Origin: Minisyncoccota bacterium
GTDB taxonomy: Bacteria > Patescibacteriota > Minisyncoccia > Minisyncoccales > JAGOPM01
DNA: 64,000 nt
Direction of reading: 5' to 3'
NCBI GenBank assembly: GCA_041651395.1
Contig: JBAZJI010000001.1
Coordinates: 827,920-891,919 of the forward strand
Both the position numbers and the translations under genes were made by a program. Below the pieces are notes generated by a model. It saw nothing but the letters and a program-made list of their open reading frames with translations. It did no database searches and was not told the origin of the DNA. Position 1 is the stretch's first letter. Each line of letters starts with the position of its first letter. Positions 29,301 to 38,438 of the stretch are shown here, one piece after another.

Positions 29301-30806
29301 TTAGACGGTTACTTTAGCCAAGAGCGGCTCTTTTTCCAAGAGAGCATTAGCCTCGCCAACAAGCTCATTAATTAATTCTTTAACGCTGACAATTTTATCT
29401 ATTTTCCAAACGTTAGAACCGGCAAAAAATAATCCATTTTCAATATCACCATTGCGCGCATCCTCTAAGGCTTTCAAAATGCAATATTTTTTGCTGCAAA
29501 CCGGACCCATACAATTCTGGCACCACTTCGGGTCTGGCCCGGGCTGTGTCCCTGCCAGCAATCTCTCTACCAAAGCTGTTTTGACTGCCCGGCCCGGCAA
29601 ACCCACCGGAGAAGGAATAATCACCACATCATCTTTACCGGCCTTAACATAAATTTGCTTGAAATTTTCGTGAGCATCGCATTCTTTAGTAGCGACAAAA
29701 CGCGTAGCCATTTGCACGCCACTGGCACCGGCCCGAAGCATTTCTACAATATCTTTACCGTCAAAAACTCCTCCGGCGGCAATAACCGGAATTTTAACCG
29801 CCTGCACCACCTCTTTAAGAATATCGATAGTTTTTCTCATTTCGTGCCCGGGCGGAAAACCCAAATGCCCACCCGCATCCATACCCTCGACTACAACAGC
29901 TGAAGCACCCAAAGATTCGGCTTTGGTCGCCACTTTAGCTGAAGAAGCCATAGCCACCATAGGCGTATTAAATTGCTTACAGAGATCATAAGTTTCAGGT
30001 CGGAAGCCCGCTCCTTGGATAACCAAGTCAACACCCTCTTCCAAAGCCGCGGTCAGCAATTTTACAAAACTGAAAGCCACGCCCATAATATTGACCCCGA
30101 TAATCCCGCCTTGGCCAGCCAAGGCTCGCGCCTTTTTAATCTCTTCCTTAACCTCGCTAGTCTCACGCATGCCCGAAATGGAAATTATCCCTACCCCGCC
30201 CTCTTTAGCTACGGCCCCAGCCAAGTTATGCAAAGAAACGCGCACGCCCATACCGCCTTGGATAATGGGCAGCCGAGAAATGGTTTTGCCGATTTTAAGG
30301 CTAGGCAGCTTAAATATTTTTTCCACCAGACTTTCACTTTTTTGTCCCAAGAATTTTTCTTTCATTTCCTCTTTGTCCATAATCACCACCGAAAATCTCG
30401 ATTCGCATTTTTTATCATTGCCCACAAAAGCTTCGCCTAAAAAATTGGCATACTTTTGCTGATAAAAACCCAAAAGCTGCACCCGATACGTAATTTTGTC
30501 CCCGGGCAAAATAGGCGCTAAAAATTGGGCGCTCCTGATCTGATAAGCTAGCAAATGTTTCTTTTCATTGCCCGGCCCCATTAGGTGGCGCAAAAGGATT
30601 GTTCCGGTTTGGGCTAAACCCTCCACAGTTAAAGCTCCCGGCATGATAGGAAAGTCTGTAAAATGTCCTCGGAAAAACGCCTCATCTTTGGAGGTTTGCT
30701 TGTAGGCGATTATCAAATCGCTTTCCATGAGCTCCACGCTGTCCACCCAAATAAACGGATCGTCATAGGGTATCAGTTTTTTGATTTGCTCTTTGTCGTA
30801 CAACAT
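29301..30806 (-). CDS. fusion protein: FabZ-like hot-dog dehydratase (N) plus FabK/NMO enoyl reductase (C)
   Basis: 501 aa. The N-terminal ~145 aa carry the FabZ/FabA motif FFRGHFTDFPIMPGALTVEGLAQ. The C-terminal ~340 aa carry LPIIQGGMGVRVS..AGGVFDGK.. NMO motifs. Confidence 0.85.
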   Translation of the reverse strand: MLYDKEQIKKLIPYDDPFIWVDSVELMESDLIIAYKQTSKDEAFFRGHFTDFPIMPGALTVEGLAQTGTILLRHLMGPGNEKKHLLAYQIRSAQFLAPILPGDKITYRVQLLGFYQQKYANFLGEAFVGNDKKCESRFSVVIMDKEEMKEKFLGQKSESLVEKIFKLPSLKIGKTISRLPIIQGGMGVRVSLHNLAGAVAKEGGVGIISISGMRETSEVKEEIKKARALAGQGGIIGVNIMGVAFSFVKLLTAALEEGVDLVIQGAGFRPETYDLCKQFNTPMVAMASSAKVATKAESLGASAVVVEGMDAGGHLGFPPGHEMRKTIDILKEVVQAVKIPVIAAGGVFDGKDIVEMLRAGASGVQMATRFVATKECDAHENFKQIYVKAGKDDVVIIPSPVGLPGRAVKTALVERLLAGTQPGPDPKWCQNCMGPVCSKKYCILKALEDARNGDIENGLFFAGSNVWKIDKIVSVKELINELVGEANALLEKEPLLAKVTV

Positions 30807-30852
30807 AAATTAAATGAATATCTAACGCCTAATGATTCTAAGAGATTGCTTA

Positions 30853-31833
30853 TTATATTATCTCCACTCTCTTACCAATCTTCTTACTCTTGGCCAATTT
30901 ATAGACCAAAACGGCAGTATAAAGATCCTGCACACCCAAACCAGTCGAATCAAAAATCGTAATGTCTTTCTCGTTCTGGCGTCCGGGTTTTTTACCACAG
31001 ACGATATCGCCTAACATAGCATAAATGTCCTGTTCTTGAATAAGACCTTTAGCCACAGGCACATTGATTTCTCCGCTGTGGCTGGCCTGCGCCCAATCAT
31101 CAATGACAATCTTGCCATCTTTTAATATCTGGGGGTCGAGCTCTTCCTTACCTTCAGCGTCTGCGCCAATGGCATTGATATGAGTCCCGGGCTTTATCCA
31201 TTCGCGCTTGATAATGGGATTGCGCACGGGAGTAGTAGTCACCAAAATATCGCAGTCGCAAACATCGGGCAAATCTTTAGCCTTTTCAATTTTAATCCCC
31301 AAACCCTTCATGGTTTTCTGCAAAGCCAAAAAGACTTTTTCATTCAAATCAAAAACTTTAACGGTTTTAATTTTAATAACCGCCAGAGTGGCCATTATCT
31401 GGGTCACAGCCTGCGCGCCCGCGCCCACCACGCCCAAAACTTTAGAGTCTTTGCGGGCCAAAAATTTGGCGGCCACTGCTCCAGCGGCGCCAGTCCTAAC
31501 TGCTGTAATATAAGTAGCATCCATTAAAGCAATTGGAAGTCCAGTCTTAGGATCATTGAGTAAAATTGAAGCCATGACGGTTTTCAACCCTTTTTTCGGA
31601 TTGTCAGGGTGCACATTGACGATCTTGGTGCCAGCCATATCCAAATTCTTGGAATAGCTAGGCATAATGCGCAAGTCGCCATTGTATTTATCAAAAAGCA
31701 AATATTTTTTGGGCGGCATTTGCACGCTGCCCGTGCCATAATCGCCAAAGGCTTTTTCGACTGCGTCAACGACTTTTTTTATTCCCTTCAGAGGAATGAG
31801 TTTTTGGACTTCCTTTTGATTTAATACTATCAT
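30853..31833 (-). CDS. ornithine cyclodeaminase / mu-crystallin family NAD(P) oxidoreductase
   Basis: 326 aa with ..MPSY...GTKIVNVHPDNP...ITAVRTGAAGAVAAKFLA...GVVGAGAQA.. family motifs. Confidence 0.85.
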   Translation of the reverse strand: MIVLNQKEVQKLIPLKGIKKVVDAVEKAFGDYGTGSVQMPPKKYLLFDKYNGDLRIMPSYSKNLDMAGTKIVNVHPDNPKKGLKTVMASILLNDPKTGLPIALMDATYITAVRTGAAGAVAAKFLARKDSKVLGVVGAGAQAVTQIMATLAVIKIKTVKVFDLNEKVFLALQKTMKGLGIKIEKAKDLPDVCDCDILVTTTPVRNPIIKREWIKPGTHINAIGADAEGKEELDPQILKDGKIVIDDWAQASHSGEINVPVAKGLIQEQDIYAMLGDIVCGKKPGRQNEKDITIFDSTGLGVQDLYTAVLVYKLAKSKKIGKRVEII

Positions 31834-31864
31834 CGGTTTTTTTAAGTTAAAATTTTATTAATTT

Positions 31865-32602
31865 TTAAGCCATCAAACATCCATCAATGGAAAGAATTTC
31901 GCCAGTGATAAAAGAGGCGTCATCGCTGGCCAAAAAGGCTACGGCTGTTGCCACTTCCTGAGGCTTGCCAAATCTTCCTAAGGCCGTAATCATCTTAACC
32001 TGCTCCTTTAGTAGCATTGGTAAATCCTTGGTCATGGGCGTTTCAATAAAGCCCGGGGCAATCGCATTGACTCTCACCCCGCTTTTGCCCACTTCTTTGG
32101 CCAGAGATCGGGTAAAAGCCGCCACCCCGCCCTTGGAAGCGGCATAGTTTGTCTGCCCGAAATTTCCGCGCAAACCGACAATAGAAGACACATTGACTAT
32201 ATTTCCCTTGGAGGCGGAAATCAGCTCGATTAAATTGCGCGTCACATTAAATACTCCGGTTAAGTTAATATCAATAACTCTCTGCCATTCCTCTGGGCTC
32301 ATTTTTGCCAAAGTCCTATCCTTGGCAATGCCGGCATTATTAACCAGCACATCAAGTTTGCCGAATTTTTCCTTGACCTGGGCGGCCATTTTTGTCCCCT
32401 CCTCGAATTTGGAAACATCAGCCATAAAGTATTCGCAGCGCACCCCCAAAGCCTCAATTTCAGCTTTAGTCTTTTTCAAATTTTCTTCCTGCATGGCAAT
32501 ATCGTTTAAGGCGATATCGCTGCCCCTTTTGGCAAATTCCAAAGCAATTTCTTTGCCAATCCCCTGCGAACTGCCAGTGATTAATGATATTTTTCCTTTC
32601 AT
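31865..32602 (-). CDS. fabG: 3-oxoacyl reductase (classical SDR, FabG-like)
   Basis: 245 aa with TGSSQGIG, NNAG and the S...YAASK catalytic motifs. Confidence 0.9.
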   Translation of the reverse strand: MKGKISLITGSSQGIGKEIALEFAKRGSDIALNDIAMQEENLKKTKAEIEALGVRCEYFMADVSKFEEGTKMAAQVKEKFGKLDVLVNNAGIAKDRTLAKMSPEEWQRVIDINLTGVFNVTRNLIELISASKGNIVNVSSIVGLRGNFGQTNYAASKGGVAAFTRSLAKEVGKSGVRVNAIAPGFIETPMTKDLPMLLKEQVKMITALGRFGKPQEVATAVAFLASDDASFITGEILSIDGCLMA

Positions 32603-32605
32603 ATT

Positions 32606-33556
32606 TTATATTTTTTGTCTGGCTTCCCTAATCAGACAGCCAACATTTTTAATTTCCTCCTCTTTAGCCGAAGAGAGCGTTTCATCATCGCCCAATATAA
32701 GTGCTACAGCTTTATCAATTAAAGCCGACTCATATCCAGCCAAATACAATCCATAAAAATTAGTAAACTCCTCTTTGTCTTGGGCAAATTCCATTTCTGC
32801 AAAACAAACCATTGGCGGCAAGCTACCTAAATCGCCCTGAGTATCTTTAGCAAAAAGTTTTTTAGCATTATCCGTCAAGCTGCACGCAGCCTCCTTGGCC
32901 GTGCCCAAATTAAAAATCAAATCGCACTCCGAAATATCAGAAAATCCCTTGGCTGCCATATCGATGGGCATTATCTTGTGTTTGGCGCAAACAGCCAATA
33001 AACCGGATTTTTGCGCCATAATTTCTAAAGGCTTAGAAAAACTTTGGGTGCCGATTTTAATCTCGGAAACGCCTTCCCCCTTCAGCCAATTAATAATGGT
33101 ATCTAAAAACTCTGGTGTGGTGTTGTCATGAAAATACGGATGGCTGGCAGAATTGAGACTCGGGAGTAAAAATATTTTTTTGCGCGCAAGATCTTTAAGT
33201 CCAATTAGCTTAGTGAGCTTAAGCAAGGTTTCGGGCAAATCATATTTGTGCCGGACAATGGCCACGGTATTCTTGGCATTGCTTATTTCCCACTCAAAAT
33301 TCTCACCGATTTGGTACTCTTTGCTGCTTTTCTGCGCCCAAATATTTCCCTGTTCGTCTTGCAAAACTAAAACAAAATACGGCACTTTCATCTGCGAAAT
33401 GCAAGGCATGGTAACTGTGGAAATTCCTATCACCTTAGCGTTTTGGCTTTCCATCTTCTCGAGGGGCGCAAAACACTGCGCGCACTGCGTGAGCGGGAAT
33501 TGCCATCTCTTTTTACATTTTGGACATTGATAGAACATAAATATAAAATAATTCAA
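32606..33556 (-). CDS. DUF35 (Zn-ribbon plus OB-fold, thiolase-associated) protein with extra ~200-aa C-terminal domain
   Basis: 316 aa. It has CPKCKKRW-x8-CAQC followed by an OB-like segment (AKVIGISTV..VPYFVLVLQDEQG). The C-terminal part (KKIFLLPSLNSASHPYF..) resembles DUF362 from memory only. The start is uncertain (TTG 33556 or ATG 33538). Confidence 0.7.
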   Translation of the reverse strand: MNYFIFMFYQCPKCKKRWQFPLTQCAQCFAPLEKMESQNAKVIGISTVTMPCISQMKVPYFVLVLQDEQGNIWAQKSSKEYQIGENFEWEISNAKNTVAIVRHKYDLPETLLKLTKLIGLKDLARKKIFLLPSLNSASHPYFHDNTTPEFLDTIINWLKGEGVSEIKIGTQSFSKPLEIMAQKSGLLAVCAKHKIMPIDMAAKGFSDISECDLIFNLGTAKEAACSLTDNAKKLFAKDTQGDLGSLPPMVCFAEMEFAQDKEEFTNFYGLYLAGYESALIDKAVALILGDDETLSSAKEEEIKNVGCLIREARQKI

Positions 33557-33591
33557 AAGTTAAAAATCAAAATTACTATGTTGTCTCCCAA

Positions 33592-34725
33592 CTATTTTGC
33601 TTTTTTGAAGATATGCACTGTCACTGAGCCCCCTGCCCCGCCGATATTATGCGTCAGACCGATTTGCGGATTGGTTTTCACTTGGCGCTCGCCGCACTTG
33701 CCGCGCAATTGGTTGGCTACTTCATAAATCTGCGCCAAACCGGTGGCAGAAATCGGATGGCCCTTGGCTTTTAGCCCGCCCGAAGGACTGATAGGAAAAT
33801 TCCCATCAAGGGCTGTGCGCCCGGAGCGCACTAATTCATGGGCCTTACCATAAGGAGCGAATCCCAAGTCTTCGTAGCTCAACAGCTCCACGGAAGTAAA
33901 AGCATCGTGCACTTCGGCCACTCCAATGTCGCTTGGCTTGATATTAGCCTGTTTATAAGCCTGCTCGGCCGCCAAGCGCGTCGCGCGGAAATTAGTAATC
34001 TCCTCCCGACCGAAAGTCATAATATAATCAGTGGCAAAGCCAGAACCAACAATTTCAATATCAGAAAGCTCTTGCGAAATCACAGCCGCAGCCCCACCAT
34101 TAACAGAAAGAGAGCAATCAAAGGCGCGCAAAGGACTAGCCACCACTGGAGCTGATTTTATCTGCTCCAAAGCCACTGGCCGTTTATAATAGTAAGCCTT
34201 GGGATTTAAGGCCGCATTCTGGTGATTCTTAAAAGCGATTAAAGCCAAATCATCAAGCGTGGCGCCCTGGGGGTACTTCTGCTGATATTGCTGGAAAACT
34301 AAAGCATTTTGCGCCGGGAAGAGCATTCCCTCCCTTTGTTCCAAATAACGCTCCGCGGCTGAAAGAATAAGTTCTGAAGTAGCCTCCATTCGATTATCCA
34401 CTAATTTCTCGCCAGCCACAACTAAAATATTTTTGAATCCTTTAAGCCTGTTGGCGGTCCAAAAAGCCACACCACCGCCGCCACACACACTTGGTGTTTC
34501 GATTATAGGGATATTAACTTTGAATAAATCCGAGAGCACAGAAACTTTATGCGTCTGGTGCTCGCCCCCGGCCGCCGAACTCATACCCGAAAATACGATA
34601 CAATCGATATCGCTAATGGTTAACCCCGAATCTTTTAAGGCCTCCAAAGCTGCTTCGTGGGCATATTGCCACCAAGCTTTCTGCGAATAATCGAATTTGG
34701 TCATTCCTACTCCTCTTAGATACAT
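33592..34725 (-). CDS. thiolase-fold condensing enzyme, archaeal/SCP-x-like type
   Basis: 377 aa with MYLRGVGMTKFDY.., ..GGLKAKGHPISATG.. and ..THNIGGAGGS.. It lies directly upstream of the DUF35 gene, which is the characteristic archaeal pairing. Confidence 0.85.
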   Translation of the reverse strand: MYLRGVGMTKFDYSQKAWWQYAHEAALEALKDSGLTISDIDCIVFSGMSSAAGGEHQTHKVSVLSDLFKVNIPIIETPSVCGGGGVAFWTANRLKGFKNILVVAGEKLVDNRMEATSELILSAAERYLEQREGMLFPAQNALVFQQYQQKYPQGATLDDLALIAFKNHQNAALNPKAYYYKRPVALEQIKSAPVVASPLRAFDCSLSVNGGAAAVISQELSDIEIVGSGFATDYIMTFGREEITNFRATRLAAEQAYKQANIKPSDIGVAEVHDAFTSVELLSYEDLGFAPYGKAHELVRSGRTALDGNFPISPSGGLKAKGHPISATGLAQIYEVANQLRGKCGERQVKTNPQIGLTHNIGGAGGSVTVHIFKKAK

Positions 34726-34742
34726 ATTGTTTCCTAATTAAT

Positions 34743-35636
34743 TTAGGAATCAAGGGGCTCTTCCCAGGCGAGGAGGACAGCGTCGGGGCCGGCATGGGCA
34801 CCCAAAACTTCTGTCAGCATTGTCATAAACTCCACTTTGGCCAAATTCGCCCCTTCGATCATGTTCTTTAGTCTCTGTGCTTCGGCCAAATTATCGCCAT
34901 GGGTAATAAAAGCTCTAACCTTTATTCCCTTTTCTTGATATTTTTTTACCTTATCCCTGAAATTGTTTACCAGCGCCTCGATATTATCATGGGCATTTTT
35001 TTGCACGCCCAAGGGCACTAGCCAACCCAAGGCTGTCCCCAAAATCGGCCAAATATTTTTTTTCTGCGCCATGCGGATGCCATTGGCCACCCAGTGGGGC
35101 ACGCGCCCGCCTGCTTCAACATAATCCACGTTGGGCAAGGCAAGACTTAAATGATATTTAGCAACTTGTTTTTGGACTTTTTCAAAAGCAGATTTTACAT
35201 CAAATCCGCTCTTGAGCAGATCCACAATACGAAAAACTTGGAGTCCCTCCCCCGCGCTCCCGTTTTGGCTATCTAAGATATAAATTTTTTCCCGTAACTG
35301 AGCCTCCAAAAATTTCTTTGCCTGAGTTGCGGCATTAAAAGTGCCAGAAAGTTTAGAGGTTATGGTAATGCAGACTATCTCTTCATATTTATTGAGAGAT
35401 TCCTTAAAAGCTGCCAAAAAATCTCCAATGGAGGGTTGGCTGGTCTTGCCCCGAGAAGCATCGCCAGCCTTAATGGCTTGGCGCATCTTCTCATAAATGT
35501 TGCCCGAGTATTTGACTAGCCCACCCAAGTCCATTTTGAAAGGCACAACAATAATATCGTTTGCTCTCAAAAATTCTTCCGGCAGATCACTGGACCCATC
35601 TATAACTATTCCGATTTTTTTATTATTTTCGGACAT
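34743..35636 (-). CDS. DegV-family fatty-acid-binding protein (FakB-like)
   Basis: 297 aa. It has the IGIVIDGSSDLPEE N-terminus and ..TSQPS.. and ..SGT.. DegV motifs. Confidence 0.88.
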   Translation of the reverse strand: MSENNKKIGIVIDGSSDLPEEFLRANDIIVVPFKMDLGGLVKYSGNIYEKMRQAIKAGDASRGKTSQPSIGDFLAAFKESLNKYEEIVCITITSKLSGTFNAATQAKKFLEAQLREKIYILDSQNGSAGEGLQVFRIVDLLKSGFDVKSAFEKVQKQVAKYHLSLALPNVDYVEAGGRVPHWVANGIRMAQKKNIWPILGTALGWLVPLGVQKNAHDNIEALVNNFRDKVKKYQEKGIKVRAFITHGDNLAEAQRLKNMIEGANLAKVEFMTMLTEVLGAHAGPDAVLLAWEEPLDS

Positions 35637-35641
35637 AATTA

Positions 35642-37447
35642 TTAATCCAAAACCATATAAGATAAAGTGAGAGTTCCCGGGCCCAAATGTGAGCCCACTA
35701 TCGGATACATCAAATTCGTAAAAGACACTTCCGCGCCTGCCTCTTTAACCATTATTTTTAATTTTTGGGCAGCTTCAAAATTATCGCAATGCGTAATGAC
35801 AACGCGCACTTTATGCCCTGCTTTCAGCTTAGAACCAATTTCGGATAAAAATTTAGAATAAAGAATCTTGGCTTGATCTTTGGTGCCAAAAGACATGCCG
35901 AATTGCTCAATAAGACCGTGTTTCATAGTCAAAATCGGAGTAATGCTGAGCTTTTGCAAAAACTTAAGCAATGCTGCCTTACGGGAATTAATCCGGCCGC
36001 CAAATTCCAACCAAACCGGACTTTCTACCACGGCCATAACGCGAACTCGGCTCTCTTGATGAATTTTTTCTAATTCGGCAATAACCTCTTGGATATCGAA
36101 TTGACTTTGAATAAGCTCAATGGCGCGCAACACCATTAAGGCCTGTGCCCCAGTGCCCTCCTGCGTATCGAGCACATAAATGCGGGAGCGCTCGCCATTA
36201 ATCAAATGTTCCTTGGCTTGAATACCGGAATTATAAGAACCGGAAAGTTTTTTAGAAAAAGACAAATATAAAACGTGCTGAAATTTTTGTAGCTGCCGTT
36301 TGTAAGCATCAACATATTCCCGGGGCGTCGGTTGGGAAGTCTTGGGGCTATTGGCGGGAGTTAACTGCGAAAAGGCGTTGCGCATTTTCTGGTATAGATT
36401 CTCGCCTTCCACCTTTTTATCTAAGGCCCACTCCCATTTGAGATTAACCATCTCAATGGAATAACGCTCCATGATTTTGTCGGTCAAATCCGCCAAAGAA
36501 TCGGTAACAATTCCGATATCTTGACGGCGCAACGACGGTTGGCCGGTAGTTTCTTTGAGCAGATCTTCTTCACGAATACTGACAATATCGCCCAATTTAG
36601 CCATCTCACGCTTGCAGTCCCTGAGCTCGTTGGTATGGATATGAATTTTGACCCTATCCCCAATTTGCACAATATCAATACTGGTTCCCAGTTCCTTAAG
36701 TTTTTCGCGAATTTTTTCGGTATTCTGCTTAACCTTATCTATCAAAACAACCAACTCATATTTTTCAGCCAAAGTCTGGATGAATTTTTTTACTTCGGTG
36801 GAAGCCGATTCTTCAACAATCCCCGAAACGCTTGTGGCGTTTCCGGCAATCACATCATAATAAGCCTCCAATATAATAAGGAAGGCCATGCCGCCGGCAT
36901 CAACCACTCCAGCCTTTTTAAGCAATGGCATTTTTTCTTGGGTATCGAGCAGGGCCTGTTTGCAAACCGTAATTATTTCCTGGAAAATATCCTTCATCTC
37001 TGGCAAATCCTGCTTGCTCTGACAAGCAATAGCGGCCGCATCAGTAACATCAAGCATGGTACCCTCTTTAGGTTCAGCAATAGAGGCCCGGGCTTTGTCT
37101 GAGCCGGCTCTCAAAGCCCGGCACAAAAGCTCCCCGCTGACAGAGGGGGTATTATTGATTTCGCCGAAGAAGCCCACGAGAAAACCGGCATAAATTATGC
37201 CGGAATTGCCCTGAGCTGAATTAAGCAGGGCCTCTAAAGTATCCTTTTTTAGTTCTTCAATATCCTTATAACTCTTTTTGGCTACCGCCTCTTTTATCCC
37301 TTCTAGCGTTTTGGCAATATTGGTTCCCGTGTCCTGATCGGGCACCGGGAAGACATTTATCTTGTTTATAGCTTCCTTTTGAGCTTCTATCCTTTCGTAA
37401 GAGAGCAGAAGCATCTGCTTTATCTCCTTTTGGGTAAGATGCTGCAT
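35642..37447 (-). CDS. fatty acid kinase FakA-like protein (DAK2/DhaL domain plus C-terminal DegV-like domain)
   Basis: NVFPVPDQDTGTN is the DhaL/Dak2 motif. The C-terminal half is DegV-like (IGIVTDSLADL..TSQPT..). ATG 37447 is preferred; the ORF is open to TTG 37483. Confidence 0.85.
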   Translation of the reverse strand: MQHLTQKEIKQMLLLSYERIEAQKEAINKINVFPVPDQDTGTNIAKTLEGIKEAVAKKSYKDIEELKKDTLEALLNSAQGNSGIIYAGFLVGFFGEINNTPSVSGELLCRALRAGSDKARASIAEPKEGTMLDVTDAAAIACQSKQDLPEMKDIFQEIITVCKQALLDTQEKMPLLKKAGVVDAGGMAFLIILEAYYDVIAGNATSVSGIVEESASTEVKKFIQTLAEKYELVVLIDKVKQNTEKIREKLKELGTSIDIVQIGDRVKIHIHTNELRDCKREMAKLGDIVSIREEDLLKETTGQPSLRRQDIGIVTDSLADLTDKIMERYSIEMVNLKWEWALDKKVEGENLYQKMRNAFSQLTPANSPKTSQPTPREYVDAYKRQLQKFQHVLYLSFSKKLSGSYNSGIQAKEHLINGERSRIYVLDTQEGTGAQALMVLRAIELIQSQFDIQEVIAELEKIHQESRVRVMAVVESPVWLEFGGRINSRKAALLKFLQKLSITPILTMKHGLIEQFGMSFGTKDQAKILYSKFLSEIGSKLKAGHKVRVVITHCDNFEAAQKLKIMVKEAGAEVSFTNLMYPIVGSHLGPGTLTLSYMVLD

Positions 37448-37522
37448 AAATGATAATATACCTGAATTTAGCGGTTCGGGCAAGGCGATTTATCCGCAGT
37501 TCCCGATAATTTGTTGATTTTA

Positions 37523-37927
37523 TTACACATTTTGGAAGTGCTCGACTTGGCAATTTGGCCCATTTTGGGGGTTAATGAGGGAAACAACGTCTATGCGCCA
37601 AGGCGACTCCAAAGGCACCCCATGCTCAGCCAGCCAGGCCTCGGCTAGCCGGGCAATCTTGCCTCTTTTCTGGGTATTAACCCTGACTTCGGGGGAAAAT
37701 TCGGGATTTTCCGATCTCCCGGCCTTAACTTCAACGAAAACCGTAACAGCCGGCCGGCCCAAAAACCGGTCCATGGTGCTGCGCTTGGCCTGGGCAATTA
37801 TATCGATCTCGGCCAAACGCAAGCCGCCGGCCTCGCGATGATAATTGCGGGAAAGGACCTTATATCCCCTTTTTTCCAAAAATTTCACGGCAAAATCCTC
37901 ACCGGCTTTTCCGATAATGCTATTCAT
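37523..37927 (-). CDS. yraN: YraN/UPF0102 family endonuclease-like protein
   Basis: 134 aa with GEDFAVKFLEKRGYKVLSRNY...EIDIIA...VFVEVK. Its start overlaps the upstream stop (TAATG). Confidence 0.85.
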   Translation of the reverse strand: MNSIIGKAGEDFAVKFLEKRGYKVLSRNYHREAGGLRLAEIDIIAQAKRSTMDRFLGRPAVTVFVEVKAGRSENPEFSPEVRVNTQKRGKIARLAEAWLAEHGVPLESPWRIDVVSLINPQNGPNCQVEHFQNV

Positions 37928-38436
37928 TAAATTCTCTTGATGAATTTCAAAAAGCTGAAAGCTATGATAGCGCCCAGCAAGGCTGTATATAATTGCGGCA
38001 AAGAAAACATATTAGCCACCAGCTTAGCTTGCGGACCGGAAATAAAATAACTGGTCAAAATAAAACTGGCGCCATATAAAAAAATAAATTTGGCCAAAGA
38101 TGAAGAAATGGCACCAAGCCAATAGCCTTTTTGGCGCAATTTATCAAAAATAAAAAGCAACACCCAGTTGCTTACTATAATATAGGGCAAAAACGGCGCG
38201 GCTAAAGCGGGCAACAAACCCACCGCTAAAGCCACAACGCTTGGTAGCATAGCCAAAAGCATTGAGTCCCGCAGCCCCAAAAAAAACGGCATGATAAAAA
38301 GCACAGCATTAACCATGGGCCCGGCCATAAACTGGTTATGGAAAAGTGGGAATATTATCATGGGCGCCAAAAAAATTACCAACTTTTTCCAGCTTGTCAG
38401 CCCTTCACTTAAAGCTTCTGTTTTAATAGCTTCCAT
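37927..38436 (-). CDS. small polytopic membrane protein (5-6 TM), function unknown
   Basis: 169 aa and hydrophobic throughout. It starts 2 nt after the hydA stop, so it is in the same operon. Confidence 0.8.
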   Translation of the reverse strand: MEAIKTEALSEGLTSWKKLVIFLAPMIIFPLFHNQFMAGPMVNAVLFIMPFFLGLRDSMLLAMLPSVVALAVGLLPALAAPFLPYIIVSNWVLLFIFDKLRQKGYWLGAISSSLAKFIFLYGASFILTSYFISGPQAKLVANMFSLPQLYTALLGAIIAFSFLKFIKRI

Positions 38437-38438
38437 AA

